A DNA stretch of 32,000 nt from an uncultured archaeon (GTDB lineage Archaea; Iainarchaeota; Iainarchaeia; Iainarchaeales; JAAZKV01): NCBI GenBank assembly GCA_964551375.1, contig CAZKBG010000001.1, positions 660,001-692,000 of the forward strand, read 5' to 3'. Below are positions 31,851-32,000 of this stretch, in pieces. The notes beneath the pieces are model-generated. The model saw only the letters and a program-made list of their open reading frames with translations, made no database searches and had not been told where the DNA came from. A program made the translations under genes and the position numbers. Within the stretch, counting starts at the first letter, position 1. Every line of letters starts with the position of its first letter.

Positions 31851-32000
31851 CTAAACTTTTAATCCTTTTAACGCAGCAATCCTTTCTTCAAGCGGAGGGT
31901 GGGTGCTAAAAAGACTCTGCATCCAAAGCTTCTGGCCCTTAAGAGGATTTGAAATGTACAAATGCGCAGTTGCTTTATTAGCAGCTTCAAGAGGCTCATT
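31851..32000 (-). CDS. htpX: Partial CDS (C-terminal 49 aa) of an HtpX-like M48 peptidase
   Basis: The minus-strand frame reads ...[59 protein letters not shown] is the characteristic HtpX/M48 C-terminal motif. The catalytic HExxH lies outside the window. Confidence 0.6.
   Translation of the reverse strand, partial: NEPLEAANKATAHLYISNPLKGQKLWMQSLFSTHPPLEERIAALKGLKV

Overview
AT-rich archaeal chromosomal window, densely coded on both strands. The archaeal assignment rests on archaea/eukaryote-type informational genes. These include the conserved cluster eS19-eL39-eL31-aIF6-LX-prefoldin alpha-FtsY, plus Hjc resolvase, archaeal DnaG, HerA/NurA, Pth2 and RNase P Rpp21. TATA-like boxes (TTTAAA/TATAAATA) sit about 20-30 nt upstream of many start codons, which suggests leaderless or short-leader mRNAs. 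GGTGA-type Shine-Dalgarno sites occur inside operons. There are three tRNAs: Val-UAC, Gly-GCC and Gly-UCC. A small-genome DPANN-like lineage is plausible but is inference only. I saw no CRISPR array, transposase or integrase. Two regions stand out. (1) At 21.1-27.2 kb, three consecutive genes encode 1023, 494 and 432 aa T/N/G-rich proteins with archaeal class III (prepilin-type, QxSxE) signal peptides. They are built from shared uncharacterised modules, one carries a GLUG-type beta-helix insertion, and two share a 173-nt block that is 100 percent identical. No pilus assembly genes lie in the window. (2) At 0.56-5.84 kb, a tightly packed six-gene minus-strand operon runs NurA, HAD, HAD, small basic protein, HerA, amidinotransferase-fold enzyme. 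It lacks the Mre11/Rad50 genes that accompany HerA/NurA in the classical archaeal operon. Smaller observations:
- a perfect palindrome abutting the ArsR start codon upstream of a NifS/IscU pair;
- an RG/F/N-rich repeat insertion in DnaG;
- K/E-rich extensions on ribosomal proteins and FtsY;
- tandem thymidylate kinase paralogs;
- a minimal kinase-like ORF;
- a secreted transglutaminase-core protein;
- short ORFs missing from the ORF track.
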